NCBI GenBank assembly: GCA_947589105.1
Contig: CANQBL010000004.1
Span: 898 to 64,897, forward strand
Source: an uncultured Bacilli bacterium
GTDB lineage: Bacteria; Bacillota_I; Bacilli_A; RF39; UBA660
DNA: 64,000 nt
Direction of reading: 5' to 3'
Below the pieces are notes generated by a model, which saw only the letters and a program-made list of their open reading frames with translations, made no database searches and had not been told where the DNA came from. A program made the position numbers and the translations under genes. Position 1 is the stretch's first letter; each line of letters begins with the position of its first letter. This document shows, one piece after another, positions 18,012 through 27,050 of this stretch.

Positions 18012-19871
18012 ATAAAGAAATTTTACTATTTTATAGTAGTTATTATTTCTTTATTGTTACTAATTTTTTTCATTCCGAATTTAGTTAATTGTATTCAGAA
18101 TAATTTTGAATTTAATTTTACTTTTAATATTTTGGAATTATCTAGTATGATACTAAAAGATAAAAGTATGATTGTAGGCATTTCTACTTTGGAATGTCTT
18201 TTTATTTTACTTTTAATATATTATAGATATAACTTTAAAATAAGAAATACCAACTCTAATAATGGTATTCCTAAACGTGTTAATAGTAATGAATTTGGTA
18301 GTAGTGATTTTGCTACTATGAAAGAAATTAGAGATACTTTTACTACTTGGCATTTTGGAAAAGAAAACAAATCAGGTGGTATGGTCGTAGCAATAGAAAA
18401 TAATAAATACTATGTTGATACAAGTTCTAATCATACTTTGATTGTTGGAAATACTGGATCAGGAAAAACGGTTTCTGTAATAGATCCTTTGATTTTCAAT
18501 TTAGCCGATAGTGGCGAATCGATGATTGTAAATGATGTTAAGGGGGAATTATTTAAAACCTCTTATGATTATTTAAAAAAGAAAAATTATGATGTTAAAA
18601 TTATCAATTTAAGAGATACATCTAATAGTGATTTTTGGAATCCATTATCTATTGCTTATCAGTATTATAAAGAGAAAAATTTTGAAAAAGAAATTGAAAC
18701 AGTAAACGATTTATCAAATGCTATATGTGATGATGTAACAAGTCGTGATAAATATTGGCAAGAATCGTCTTCATCAGTATTAAGTGCTTTATGTTTAGCT
18801 TTAATTGAAGACGCAAAAAGTGAAAGTCAAATACACTTTCATTCTATTTACAATTTACTTGTTGAACATGGTGCAAAAAAATATGGCGATCAGAATTCAT
18901 TAGATAAATATTTTTCAGATCGTCCATTTGGAAGTGTTGCAAAAAATTTATATTCTACTGGTAACTTTGCACGTGGCGAAACAAGAGCTACCATATTTTC
19001 TATTTTAGCGGCAAAATTAAGAGTTTTTGGAGATACTGGTGTAAGTTATATAACAAGTAAGACTTCATTCAATATAAGGGATATTGGTAAGAAAAAAACT
19101 GCGATCTTCTTAATTGTTCCAGATGAAAAGTTATCTCGTCATTTTATTGGTGGTTTATTTGTTAATCAAATTTATCAAGTTTTAGTTGAAGAAGCTCAAA
19201 AATATAAAGACGGATCACTTCCTATAAGAGTTAATTTTATATGTGAGGAATTATGTAATACCATAAAAATAAGTGAGTTATCAAAAAAGTTAACGGTTGC
19301 AAGATCTAGGAATATCAGATTCTATATGGTTATTCAAGATTTTAATCAATTACAAGAAACTTATAAAGAATCGGCTGGTACAATAAAAGCAAATTGTAGT
19401 AACTGGGTTTATTTACTTACGAATGATTATAATACTGCACGTGAGATTTCTAATCGACTAGGTCGTTATACCATAGCTACTACCAGAACATCATCATCTA
19501 ATCGATATGGAAAAGCTGATTTTAATTTGTCATCTGATACATCACTAACTGGTAGAGATTTAAAAACTACTGATGAGCTTATCAATTTCAAAGTTGGCGA
19601 GGCAATTATTTTAAGGGCTAGAATGTCGCCTATTAAAAGTGTTTTAAAACAAATAAAAGATTATCCTATAAAATATAAAGTAATTGATAATATAGAGATT
19701 AAACAAGAGGAATTTCATTCATTAGAATTGTTTGATTTAGACACTTTTAGAATAGAAAAAGAATTGTTTTCTAATCAAGAAGAAATAAAAGCTAAACCTA
19801 CTAAAAAAGCAAGTCCAACAAAGAGAAGAAAAAAAGATGTCGATCAACAATCAGACAATCAATCTATTTAA
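18012..19871 (+). CDS. Type IV coupling protein (VirD4/TraG family)
   Basis: GNTGSGKT Walker A, IFLIVPDE Walker B, two N-terminal TM helices. The start is set at ATA 18012, 8 nt after AAGGGGG. The track start, TTG 18054, would truncate TM1. Confidence 0.85.
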   Translation: MKKFYYFIVVIISLLLLIFFIPNLVNCIQNNFEFNFTFNILELSSMILKDKSMIVGISTLECLFILLLIYYRYNFKIRNTNSNNGIPKRVNSNEFGSSDFATMKEIRDTFTTWHFGKENKSGGMVVAIENNKYYVDTSSNHTLIVGNTGSGKTVSVIDPLIFNLADSGESMIVNDVKGELFKTSYDYLKKKNYDVKIINLRDTSNSDFWNPLSIAYQYYKEKNFEKEIETVNDLSNAICDDVTSRDKYWQESSSSVLSALCLALIEDAKSESQIHFHSIYNLLVEHGAKKYGDQNSLDKYFSDRPFGSVAKNLYSTGNFARGETRATIFSILAAKLRVFGDTGVSYITSKTSFNIRDIGKKKTAIFLIVPDEKLSRHFIGGLFVNQIYQVLVEEAQKYKDGSLPIRVNFICEELCNTIKISELSKKLTVARSRNIRFYMVIQDFNQLQETYKESAGTIKANCSNWVYLLTNDYNTAREISNRLGRYTIATTRTSSSNRYGKADFNLSSDTSLTGRDLKTTDELINFKVGEAIILRARMSPIKSVLKQIKDYPIKYKVIDNIEIKQEEFHSLELFDLDTFRIEKELFSNQEEIKAKPTKKASPTKRRKKDVDQQSDNQSI

Positions 19872-20973
19872 CTTTACTTATCCTTTTATCAAGTTGGATA
19901 ATAGTAATGTAAAAGTTGGTACTTTCTTTTCTGGAATTGGTAGTCCCGAAATGGCATTTAAAAGATTAAAAGATAATGGAATTATAAAGAATTATGAATC
20001 TGTATTTTTTTGTGAAGTAGATAAATTTGCTATACAAAGTTTTTGTGCTATTCATAACAAAACACCAAATGATAATGTTGGGGATATAACTAAAATAAAT
20101 GGTAAAGATTTACCTTATTGTGATATTTGGATCGGTGGTTTTCCTTGTCAAGATATAAGTATGGCTGGAATTCGTAGAGGTTTTGACTTTAATAGTAATA
20201 CAAGATCATCATTAGGTTGGAAGATGATCCAATTTCTACGTGAGATTGAAGATCCACCAAAGGTTGTAATTTTTGAAAATGTTGCTGCTATTACACAAAA
20301 AAAGTTTAGAAGAACATTAAACTTATTTAGAAAAGATTTAGAGGATCTTGGATATAGTTTGTATGAAAATGTTTTGTGTGCATTAGATTATGGTACACCC
20401 CAGAATCGAGAAAGATATTTTTTAGTAGCTGTCAAAGGTAAATATTTATATCAATTTCCACCTAAACAAAAATTAAAATTAAGGTTAAAAGATTTATTAG
20501 AAAAAGATATTGATCCTAATTTAATTTTATCTGAACAAGTACCTTTTGATTTAGAAAGTTTTGTAAAGAATAAAAGTTTCGATAAAAATAGTAAGTTAAT
20601 ATGTAAAAATTTAAAAGATAAAAGGAAAAAATATATTATAGATTTATATAGGTTTATAGACGGTAAGAATCATTGTGGACGTGATACATCTAGTAAATAT
20701 AATCAAACTGCTAGATTATGGTCTATGAATGGATATTGTCCTACCTTAACCGCTAACTCTACCGAAGATACAAGCAAAATGATTATTTATAAAAATAATT
20801 GTTTTTTTGTAAAAAAAATTAGTCCACTTGAAAGTTGGCGTTTTATGGGTTTTTCAGATGAAGATTTTTACAAAGCAAAAAATAGTGGTATTTCTAATCG
20901 ACAATTATTTAAACAAGCTGGTAATAGTATTGCAACAAATGTCATTTATTACATTCTTAAAAATCTATTTTAA
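19837..20973 (+). CDS. DNA (cytosine-5)-methyltransferase
   Basis: Motifs FFSGIGSPEMAF (I), GGFPCQDIS (IV), FENV (VI), QNRERYFLV (VIII), GNSI (X). Confidence 0.9.
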   Translation: MSINNQTINLFNFTYPFIKLDNSNVKVGTFFSGIGSPEMAFKRLKDNGIIKNYESVFFCEVDKFAIQSFCAIHNKTPNDNVGDITKINGKDLPYCDIWIGGFPCQDISMAGIRRGFDFNSNTRSSLGWKMIQFLREIEDPPKVVIFENVAAITQKKFRRTLNLFRKDLEDLGYSLYENVLCALDYGTPQNRERYFLVAVKGKYLYQFPPKQKLKLRLKDLLEKDIDPNLILSEQVPFDLESFVKNKSFDKNSKLICKNLKDKRKKYIIDLYRFIDGKNHCGRDTSSKYNQTARLWSMNGYCPTLTANSTEDTSKMIIYKNNCFFVKKISPLESWRFMGFSDEDFYKAKNSGISNRQLFKQAGNSIATNVIYYILKNLF

Positions 20974-20986
20974 AGTTAAATTATTT

Positions 20987-21013
20987 AAAACTTACTAACT
21001 TTATGATATAATG
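20987..21013 (+). promoter_or_regulatory. Promoter box copy B (AAAACTTACTAACTTTATGATATAATG)
   Basis: Near-identical to the boxes at 370-394 (minus strand) and 22652-22677. It has an extended -10 and lies 36 nt upstream of the nuclease gene. Confidence 0.5.
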
Positions 21014-21048
21014 TTCTTGGGGTAATAAAACACTTGTGGTAGTATGAA

Positions 21049-21567
21049 ATGAAAAATAAATATTTAGTTACTATTGACGAGCCCAGAATACAAGAAACTT
21101 GCGACGCTTATTTCAAGTGGAAAGACTTAAATACCTATGTTAAAAGTTTAGTTTCTAGGGGAATCAATATGCCTGACGCAATTAGCGAACCTATGGGCTG
21201 TTATTGTTTAGATCTTTTATGGAATAAAAGTTCTGGTGGGGACGCACAATCAAAAGACGGAAAGAAAATTGAGTTCAAGGCTACAAGTAATTATGAATAT
21301 GATTTAAGTAGTTTTGGACCAGAATGTGAATTTGATGATTTAGTTTTTTTAAGATTTAATCTTGAAACAAATATGTTATATGTATATGATACAGGTGTTA
21401 ATTCTGATGAGTTTAAACAAATTAGAATTTCACAATCTGGTACAGTAGCAGATTATCAAAAAGTAGGAAAAAGACCTCATCTTAGTATCATTAAGTCAAT
21501 TATTGAAGTAAAACATTTAGAGCCAACAGTTGTTTTCAATATTCGTAGAGGTCAAATCGAACAATAG
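21049..21567 (+). CDS. Small type II restriction endonuclease candidate (PD-ExK)
   Basis: 172 aa, sandwiched between two C5-methyltransferases. GGDAQSKDGKKIEFKAT fits a D...ExK catalytic motif. Confidence 0.55.
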   Translation: MKNKYLVTIDEPRIQETCDAYFKWKDLNTYVKSLVSRGINMPDAISEPMGCYCLDLLWNKSSGGDAQSKDGKKIEFKATSNYEYDLSSFGPECEFDDLVFLRFNLETNMLYVYDTGVNSDEFKQIRISQSGTVADYQKVGKRPHLSIIKSIIEVKHLEPTVVFNIRRGQIEQ

Positions 21568-21648
21568 GATATGAAAGGAAAGAGTGTTTATTACTCTTTA
21601 AAAAGTATCCTATTATTGCGGCACGCCGCAGCGAAAGGAAGTGTTATC

Positions 21649-22614
21649 ATGTATAAAATATGTAGTTTATTTGCTGGTGTTGGTGGTATAGATTTGGGGT
21701 TTATAAATACAAAGAAATGTGAAATTGTTTATGCAAATGAGTTTGATAAATATGCTGTTGAAACATACGAATTAAATTTTAAAAACAAAGTTGATTGTAG
21801 AGATATACACGAAGTTAAAGTTGAAGAAATACCAGATTTTGATATTATGGTTGGTGGCTTTCCTTGTACCTCTTTCTCTGTTGCTGGTTATCGTAAAGGT
21901 TTTAATGATGATCGTACAGGCGATTTATTCTTTGAAATGGAAAAAATATTTAAAGTTAAAAAGCCACGTGTTATTTTTTTAGAGAATGTTAAAAATTTAG
22001 TTGGACATGATAAAGGTAAAACCTTTATGACAGTAATTGATCGATTAGAAAAAGCTGGTTATAAGAATAAAATTAGTTATCAAGTTTTAAATGCTTGTGA
22101 ATATGGTAATATTCCACAGAATCGAGAAAGAATATATATTGTTGCTTTTAGAGATAAAAAAGATTACGACAAATTTCGTATGCCTATGCCTATAACTTTA
22201 ACTACAAGTATTAAAAAAATATTTGATTTTAAAAACAAAGTTGATGAAAAATATTATTATACTTCTGGAAAATATAAAGGCGATATTTATGATTTATTAA
22301 AAGAAAGTATGGACGATGACAATACAGTTTATCAATGGCGTAGAAAATATGTCAGAAAGAATCAAAGCAATCTTGTTCCTACTCTTACTGCTAATATGGG
22401 CGAAGGCGGACATAATGTTCCACTTATAAAAACTGAATATGGAATACGTAAACTTATGCCTATTGAATGTTTTTATGCTCAAGGTTTTCCAAAAAATTAT
22501 AAATTACCTAAAAATATGAGCGACGCTAGACTTTATAAACAAGCTGGTAATAGTGTTGTTGTACCAGTTATTGAAAGAATTGCAATTAACATTGTAAATG
22601 CACTTGATAACTAG
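21649..22614 (+). CDS. DNA (cytosine-5)-methyltransferase
   Basis: Motifs LFAGVGGIDLGF (I), GGFPCTSFSVAG (IV, Thr in place of the usual Gln), LENV, QNRERIYIV, GNSVVVPV. ATG 21649 follows an AAAGGAAG RBS; the track start at 21571 is unlikely. Confidence 0.9.
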   Translation: MYKICSLFAGVGGIDLGFINTKKCEIVYANEFDKYAVETYELNFKNKVDCRDIHEVKVEEIPDFDIMVGGFPCTSFSVAGYRKGFNDDRTGDLFFEMEKIFKVKKPRVIFLENVKNLVGHDKGKTFMTVIDRLEKAGYKNKISYQVLNACEYGNIPQNRERIYIVAFRDKKDYDKFRMPMPITLTTSIKKIFDFKNKVDEKYYYTSGKYKGDIYDLLKESMDDDNTVYQWRRKYVRKNQSNLVPTLTANMGEGGHNVPLIKTEYGIRKLMPIECFYAQGFPKNYKLPKNMSDARLYKQAGNSVVVPVIERIAINIVNALDN

Positions 22615-22651
22615 GTATGTTTTATCTTATAAGTTTTGTTTAATTATATAT

Positions 22652-22677
22652 AAAACTTACTAACTTTGTGATATAAT
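22652..22677 (+). promoter_or_regulatory. Promoter box copy C (AAAACTTACTAACTTTGTGATATAAT)
   Basis: Third copy of the box, upstream of the 22781 ORF. Confidence 0.5.
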
Positions 22678-22780
22678 TAACTTAATTAGAAACATTGTAA
22701 TTCCGCCATTGACTTTTATATTGCTTTAATGTAATATAAACTCTACCTCGTTCAAAGATGTATATTTAGGAGCTGTAAAT

Positions 22781-23299
22781 ATGAAGTTAGAAAATTATAA
22801 AGAATTGAAAGCTACTGTTTGCGAGATGAATAAAACAAATGATGAAATTGCTTTAATTGAATGGAATCATGATGACGGTCCAAAATTTAAAAATGTTCAG
22901 GAAATGAAAGAATTTTACGATCGCTTAAAAAATAATGAGTTAGATTATTTATTTTCAGATGATCCTAATAATGTTCCAGATACAAAAGATCTTATAATTG
23001 AAAGTTTTGAGTACACATTAGAAGATTTATTTTTTTATATTTACACCTTTCAAAATACATCTACTAATAAGTATGTTACTTATATGAGTATTAAAAATTT
23101 AAAAGAAAATGAAACACTACATAATTTATGTGGTAATGCTGCAACTGATATTGAAACTGCTCATACTTACTTTGAAAGTTTAAAAGTATCTATTACATCA
23201 AATACTATTGATGATATTTTACAAAATTTACTTGTTAGTGCTAAAAATACATTAAAAAAATTAAAAGAAAAATTAAATAAATTGACTAGCGAAAGCTAG
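22781..23299 (+). CDS. Hypothetical protein (ICE cargo)
   Basis: 172-aa ORF with an AGGAG RBS and no recognisable motif. Confidence 0.6.
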   Translation: MKLENYKELKATVCEMNKTNDEIALIEWNHDDGPKFKNVQEMKEFYDRLKNNELDYLFSDDPNNVPDTKDLIIESFEYTLEDLFFYIYTFQNTSTNKYVTYMSIKNLKENETLHNLCGNAATDIETAHTYFESLKVSITSNTIDDILQNLLVSAKNTLKKLKEKLNKLTSES

Positions 23300-23307
23300 T
23301 TTTTTTT
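23285..23307 (+). terminator. Rho-independent terminator
   Basis: ACTAGC-GAAA-GCTAGT stem followed by T7. It overlaps the stop codon. Confidence 0.7.
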
Positions 23308-23332
23308 ATGTCTTAATAAAGGGGGTTATATT

Positions 23333-24313
23333 ATAGATATAAATAAACTATTAAATGATTTTAAAAATTATTCTAAAAATAATGAATTTGATAAAATTAA
23401 AGACCTAACATATAACTTTGAAAAGTATATATTAGATGATTGTAAAAATGATGTTGAATTTAAAAATTTAATTGATGATCTAACTTTATATAGTGATTAT
23501 ACTTTGATAAATACTTTGTTAGTTAAAATTCAATATCCTAACTTTTTGTCTTTGGGTACAAAAAAGTCATTTAATGATAAAGGTTATAACTTAATTGACG
23601 GTGCTATCCCGATAAAAATACTATCGCCTATAAATGATGAATTTGTATCTATAAAAAAAGATAATAAAGAACAAATAAAAAATACAAATGATTTAACAAA
23701 AGAAGAATTAGAAAGATATAAAAATAAAGATTCAGATATTACCTTTCATCATAAAGAGTTTAAAGGTTTAAATACTACTACTTTATATGATGTCAAAGAT
23801 ACTGATATGAATAAAATAGATTATGATCGTGGGCCATTACCGGCTCTTTTTTATTCTTCTTATGATGAGATATATGATAGTTTTGTAAAAGCACTATACT
23901 CTGACGGTTATAAAGTTAAATACGAAGTAATGGACGATAAATTTCGTTTAGATAAAGACAATAAAATTATTAGTTTAAAAAAAGGGCTTAATAAACAAAT
24001 ACATTTACTTTCTATACTAGATGTTTATACTGATGATATTTCTTCTAATCAAATGGAAAAGGATCTACTTAATATGGTTATATGTAGAAGAATTGGAATT
24101 GATAAAGAAGATATTTCATTTAATGAATTTACTGATTGGTACAAAAAACAAGATATGTCTAATGTAGATCACCTTTTAAAACTAATTGTGAATAAAGGTC
24201 GTAAATTTGCTAATAATTTTAATAAATTTTATGATATGGAAATATCAAAGAATGAAACTCTTTATCCAGATGAAAATATGGGCTTGTATGATGATGTCTC
24301 TCTATTTTTATAA
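23333..24313 (+). CDS. ArdC-N-like ssDNA-binding/antirestriction-type protein (probable ATA start)
   Basis: LYSDYTLINTLLVKIQYPNF...GYNLIDGAIPIKILSPI resembles the ArdC-N YSxxNxxLIxxQxP...G.x.I.IL.P pattern. The ORF is open from 23318 with no ATG/GTG/TTG before 23504. ATA 23333 lies 7 nt after AAGGGGG. Confidence 0.5.
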   Translation: MDINKLLNDFKNYSKNNEFDKIKDLTYNFEKYILDDCKNDVEFKNLIDDLTLYSDYTLINTLLVKIQYPNFLSLGTKKSFNDKGYNLIDGAIPIKILSPINDEFVSIKKDNKEQIKNTNDLTKEELERYKNKDSDITFHHKEFKGLNTTTLYDVKDTDMNKIDYDRGPLPALFYSSYDEIYDSFVKALYSDGYKVKYEVMDDKFRLDKDNKIISLKKGLNKQIHLLSILDVYTDDISSNQMEKDLLNMVICRRIGIDKEDISFNEFTDWYKKQDMSNVDHLLKLIVNKGRKFANNFNKFYDMEISKNETLYPDENMGLYDDVSLFL

Positions 24314-24319
24314 TTTTTA

Positions 24320-24351
24320 GCGCTGACAACTTTTTTCAAGCGCGTTATAAT
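24320..24351 (+). promoter_or_regulatory. GCGC-box promoter copy 2 (cTGACA-17-TATAAT)
   Basis: AGCGCTGACAACTTTTTTCAAGCGCGTTATAAT is a near-consensus sigma-A promoter, with GCGC motifs 20 bp apart. Confidence 0.55.
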
Positions 24352-24374
24352 TCGTTTGTAAGGTGGTGCTATAA

Positions 24375-24656
24375 ATGGAAAATAATGCTTATGAGATTGG
24401 ATATAGTCGTCAAAAAACAAAAAAGTTATCTTACTTTTATTCTGATTTGTTATCTGAGCTTTTACTATTAAGATACGAATTTGGTTTTAAAGATGTATCT
24501 AAAAAAGATGTTTTAAGTGAATTGCCTAGTTTAAGAGAATTTACTAATAAAGAAGTTGAAAAGATCTACAATAATGCTATTGAGTTATTAAAAATTAAAA
24601 GTAATATTATTACCATAAATGATAATCCATTTAGTTTTAAAAAAGTTTCTGATTAA
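24375..24656 (+). CDS. Hypothetical protein
   Basis: 93-aa ORF with an AAGGTGG RBS. Confidence 0.6.
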   Translation: MENNAYEIGYSRQKTKKLSYFYSDLLSELLLLRYEFGFKDVSKKDVLSELPSLREFTNKEVEKIYNNAIELLKIKSNIITINDNPFSFKKVSD

Positions 24657-24660
24657 AGTT

Positions 24661-24705
24661 AAGAATAGATAAATATTTTGTTTGTCTATTCTTTTCTTTT
24701 TTTTA
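24661..24705 (+). terminator. Rho-independent terminator
   Basis: AAGAATAGA...TCTATTCTT 9-bp stem followed by a T-rich run. Confidence 0.65.
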
Positions 24706-24746
24706 TGGCATAAAATTTAAAAAAGAGATTTAAGGGGGTTGAAAAA

Positions 24747-24893
24747 ATGAAAAAGATAACTTATAAAATTATAAACGAATTTAATACTAATGAAAATAAT
24801 ACGAAAGAAGATTTAAAGTTGATTTTTAATAAGAAACTTTTAAAAGTAATACTTTCCAAAGAAAAAAATATATATGGGCGCTGTAATTCTTAA
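24747..24893 (+). CDS. Small ORF (48 aa), not in ORF track
   Basis: An AAGGGGG RBS lies 8 nt before the ATG; the ORF begins MKKITYKIINEFNTNENNTKEDLK.... Its 3' end contains GCGC-box promoter copy 3. Confidence 0.3.
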   Translation: MKKITYKIINEFNTNENNTKEDLKLIFNKKLLKVILSKEKNIYGRCNS

Positions 24894-24909
24894 TAAAGCG
24901 CGTTATAAT
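24878..24909 (+). promoter_or_regulatory. GCGC-box promoter copy 3, upstream of the serine recombinase
   Basis: GCGCTGTAATTCTTAATAAAGCGCGTTATAAT has the same architecture and 20-bp GCGC spacing as copies 1 and 2. Confidence 0.5.
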
Positions 24910-24962
24910 TTAATTATGTTATCAATAAGTTTCGTTAAATCAGTAAAGGAGCTAGATTTAAT

Positions 24963-27050
24963 ATGAAGAAAATTATTGAAACAGTAGATATTATTATAAG
25001 GAGAGTGGTACTTTATTTAAGATTATCAAAAGAAGATCTTGATAAACCTACAAAAGAAGCTATAAGCGAAAGTATTAAGAATCAAGAGCTCATGCTTCGT
25101 GATGAAGTTGCCAAACACCCTGATTGGGAAATTGTAGGCGTTTATTGTGATGAAGATTTTTCTGGTGCTGGAACTTATCGCCCTGACTTTGAAAAAATGA
25201 TAAAAGCATGTGAAAATGGCGATGTAGATATTGTATTATGTAAAAGTCAATCAAGGTTTTCAAGAGATATGGAAGTTGTAGAAAAATATCTTCATAACAA
25301 ATTTGTTGAATGGGGTGTTCGTTTTGTTAGTTTAGTTGATAATGCTGATACTGCAAATAAAGGAAATAAAAAAGCTAGACAAATAAATGCCCTAGTTAAT
25401 GAATGGTTTTTGGAAGATTTATCAGACAACATCAAAGCAACATTTCGTACAAAATGGCAAAATGGCGAATGTACTGCGTCTTTTGCAAAATATGGGTTAA
25501 TGAAAGATCCAAAGAATAAGAATCATTTACTTATCGATCCTGTTGCTAGTGAAGTTTTAAAACAAATTGGTAATATGGTACTAGCTGGATATGGGCAAGA
25601 CAAAATTGCCTCTCAATTAGAAAATAAAAAAATACCTAGTCCGTATGAATATAAAGCTATGAATGGTTGTAAATTAAAACTTCCTATATCGAAAAAGGAA
25701 GATAAGACTTCAATTTTAAAAGCTGGTAGTTATATTGTTAGAATTTCTTTATACAATCAATATAAACAAATATTAAGAAATATTAAGTCTCTTTTTGTAT
25801 TTGGTACTGATGAATTAAAAAAGTATGATTCAAAGTTTCATATTAGAGTTAGATCCATAAGTGAAGATTTAAAACTTTACTATACTACACAATATTTTTA
25901 TGACATAGATAATTTTGACTTAAATAATCTTGACTTACAAAATAATGAAATATGGAAACCTTTAAAAGTAAATGATACAATTCCCGATGATATTTGTTAT
26001 CTAGCAAGTAATAATGAAGAATTAGACAGATTGATCGAAACAGGTTTTGAATTAGAAGTTACTCTTGATGAAAATCGTTCACATAACATTTATAAACTAT
26101 TTACTAGATCTATTGCTAGTGATACTGATACACCTTTTTCATTTGAATATGAAATTAGAAAAAAATACAAATGGAGCGGTCGAGTTGTTTATAATATGTT
26201 ACGTGATGAAGTCTATAACGGAACTTTAATACAAGGAAAAACTAGAAGAATAAGCTATAAGAATCACAAATGTATCAAAGCGAAAAAAGAACATTGGGTA
26301 GAAAGTGAAAGTGCTCTTGAAAAAATATTTGATGATGAAACTTGGCTTGCTATTCAACAAAAGTTAAATGAAAATGGTCGTTCAGGATCAGACGGTGTAA
26401 AACATATATTTTGTGGTAAAGTCTATTGTGATGTTTGCGGAAGTATCTTACATAAAAATTCAAGTAAAAATTCAAAACAAGAAAAAACAGAATATTTAAT
26501 ATGTAAAGATAAACAAAATCATTGGGCAAATTGTGATAACAATAAATCAATCAAATTAGAAGATTTGAAAAAATATGTTTTAGAATCAATAAATTCCCTT
26601 TTAGATGAGTATTACGATGAAAACACTTTAAAAGAATTACATAAAGAAATTGTTGACAAAGATTTATTTAAAGATCAAACCGATAGTCTTAATAAAGAAA
26701 AAACTGATATTCAGTCTCTCATAAAAAAGAAAAAAACAATATTTCAACAATTATATGATGATAAAGCGACAGGGATAATTGATGAAAGTGATTTCACTTC
26801 ATTAAGATTAAAGTATAAAGAAGATGTAGATAAACTTAACGAAAGATTATCTACAATAAATGATGAATTAAAACTTATCGAAATAAAACAAAAGAAATTA
26901 AAAGATAAGGATCATTTATTTTCAAATTATCGTCATATAGAAGAATTAACACCAGAGTTACTTGATGAATTTGTAGATCAAATTAAAGTTGGAAAATTAG
27001 AGAATGGATCTCAAAGAGATATTAGAATTGTTTGGAATTTTCAAACTTAA
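24963..27050 (+). CDS. Large serine recombinase (ICE integrase/excisionase)
   Basis: [11 protein letters not shown] resolvase catalytic-Ser motif, recombinase domain, CDVCGS...C..C zinc ribbon, long C-terminal coiled coil. Confidence 0.9.
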   Translation: MKKIIETVDIIIRRVVLYLRLSKEDLDKPTKEAISESIKNQELMLRDEVAKHPDWEIVGVYCDEDFSGAGTYRPDFEKMIKACENGDVDIVLCKSQSRFSRDMEVVEKYLHNKFVEWGVRFVSLVDNADTANKGNKKARQINALVNEWFLEDLSDNIKATFRTKWQNGECTASFAKYGLMKDPKNKNHLLIDPVASEVLKQIGNMVLAGYGQDKIASQLENKKIPSPYEYKAMNGCKLKLPISKKEDKTSILKAGSYIVRISLYNQYKQILRNIKSLFVFGTDELKKYDSKFHIRVRSISEDLKLYYTTQYFYDIDNFDLNNLDLQNNEIWKPLKVNDTIPDDICYLASNNEELDRLIETGFELEVTLDENRSHNIYKLFTRSIASDTDTPFSFEYEIRKKYKWSGRVVYNMLRDEVYNGTLIQGKTRRISYKNHKCIKAKKEHWVESESALEKIFDDETWLAIQQKLNENGRSGSDGVKHIFCGKVYCDVCGSILHKNSSKNSKQEKTEYLICKDKQNHWANCDNNKSIKLEDLKKYVLESINSLLDEYYDENTLKELHKEIVDKDLFKDQTDSLNKEKTDIQSLIKKKKTIFQQLYDDKATGIIDESDFTSLRLKYKEDVDKLNERLSTINDELKLIEIKQKKLKDKDHLFSNYRHIEELTPELLDEFVDQIKVGKLENGSQRDIRIVWNFQT

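Noticed and set aside
21571-21648. Track start (ATG 21571) for the second methyltransferase
   Set aside because: The first 26 codons cross a hairpin and the GC palindrome and have no RBS. ATG 21649 has an AAAGGAAG RBS and begins right at motif I.
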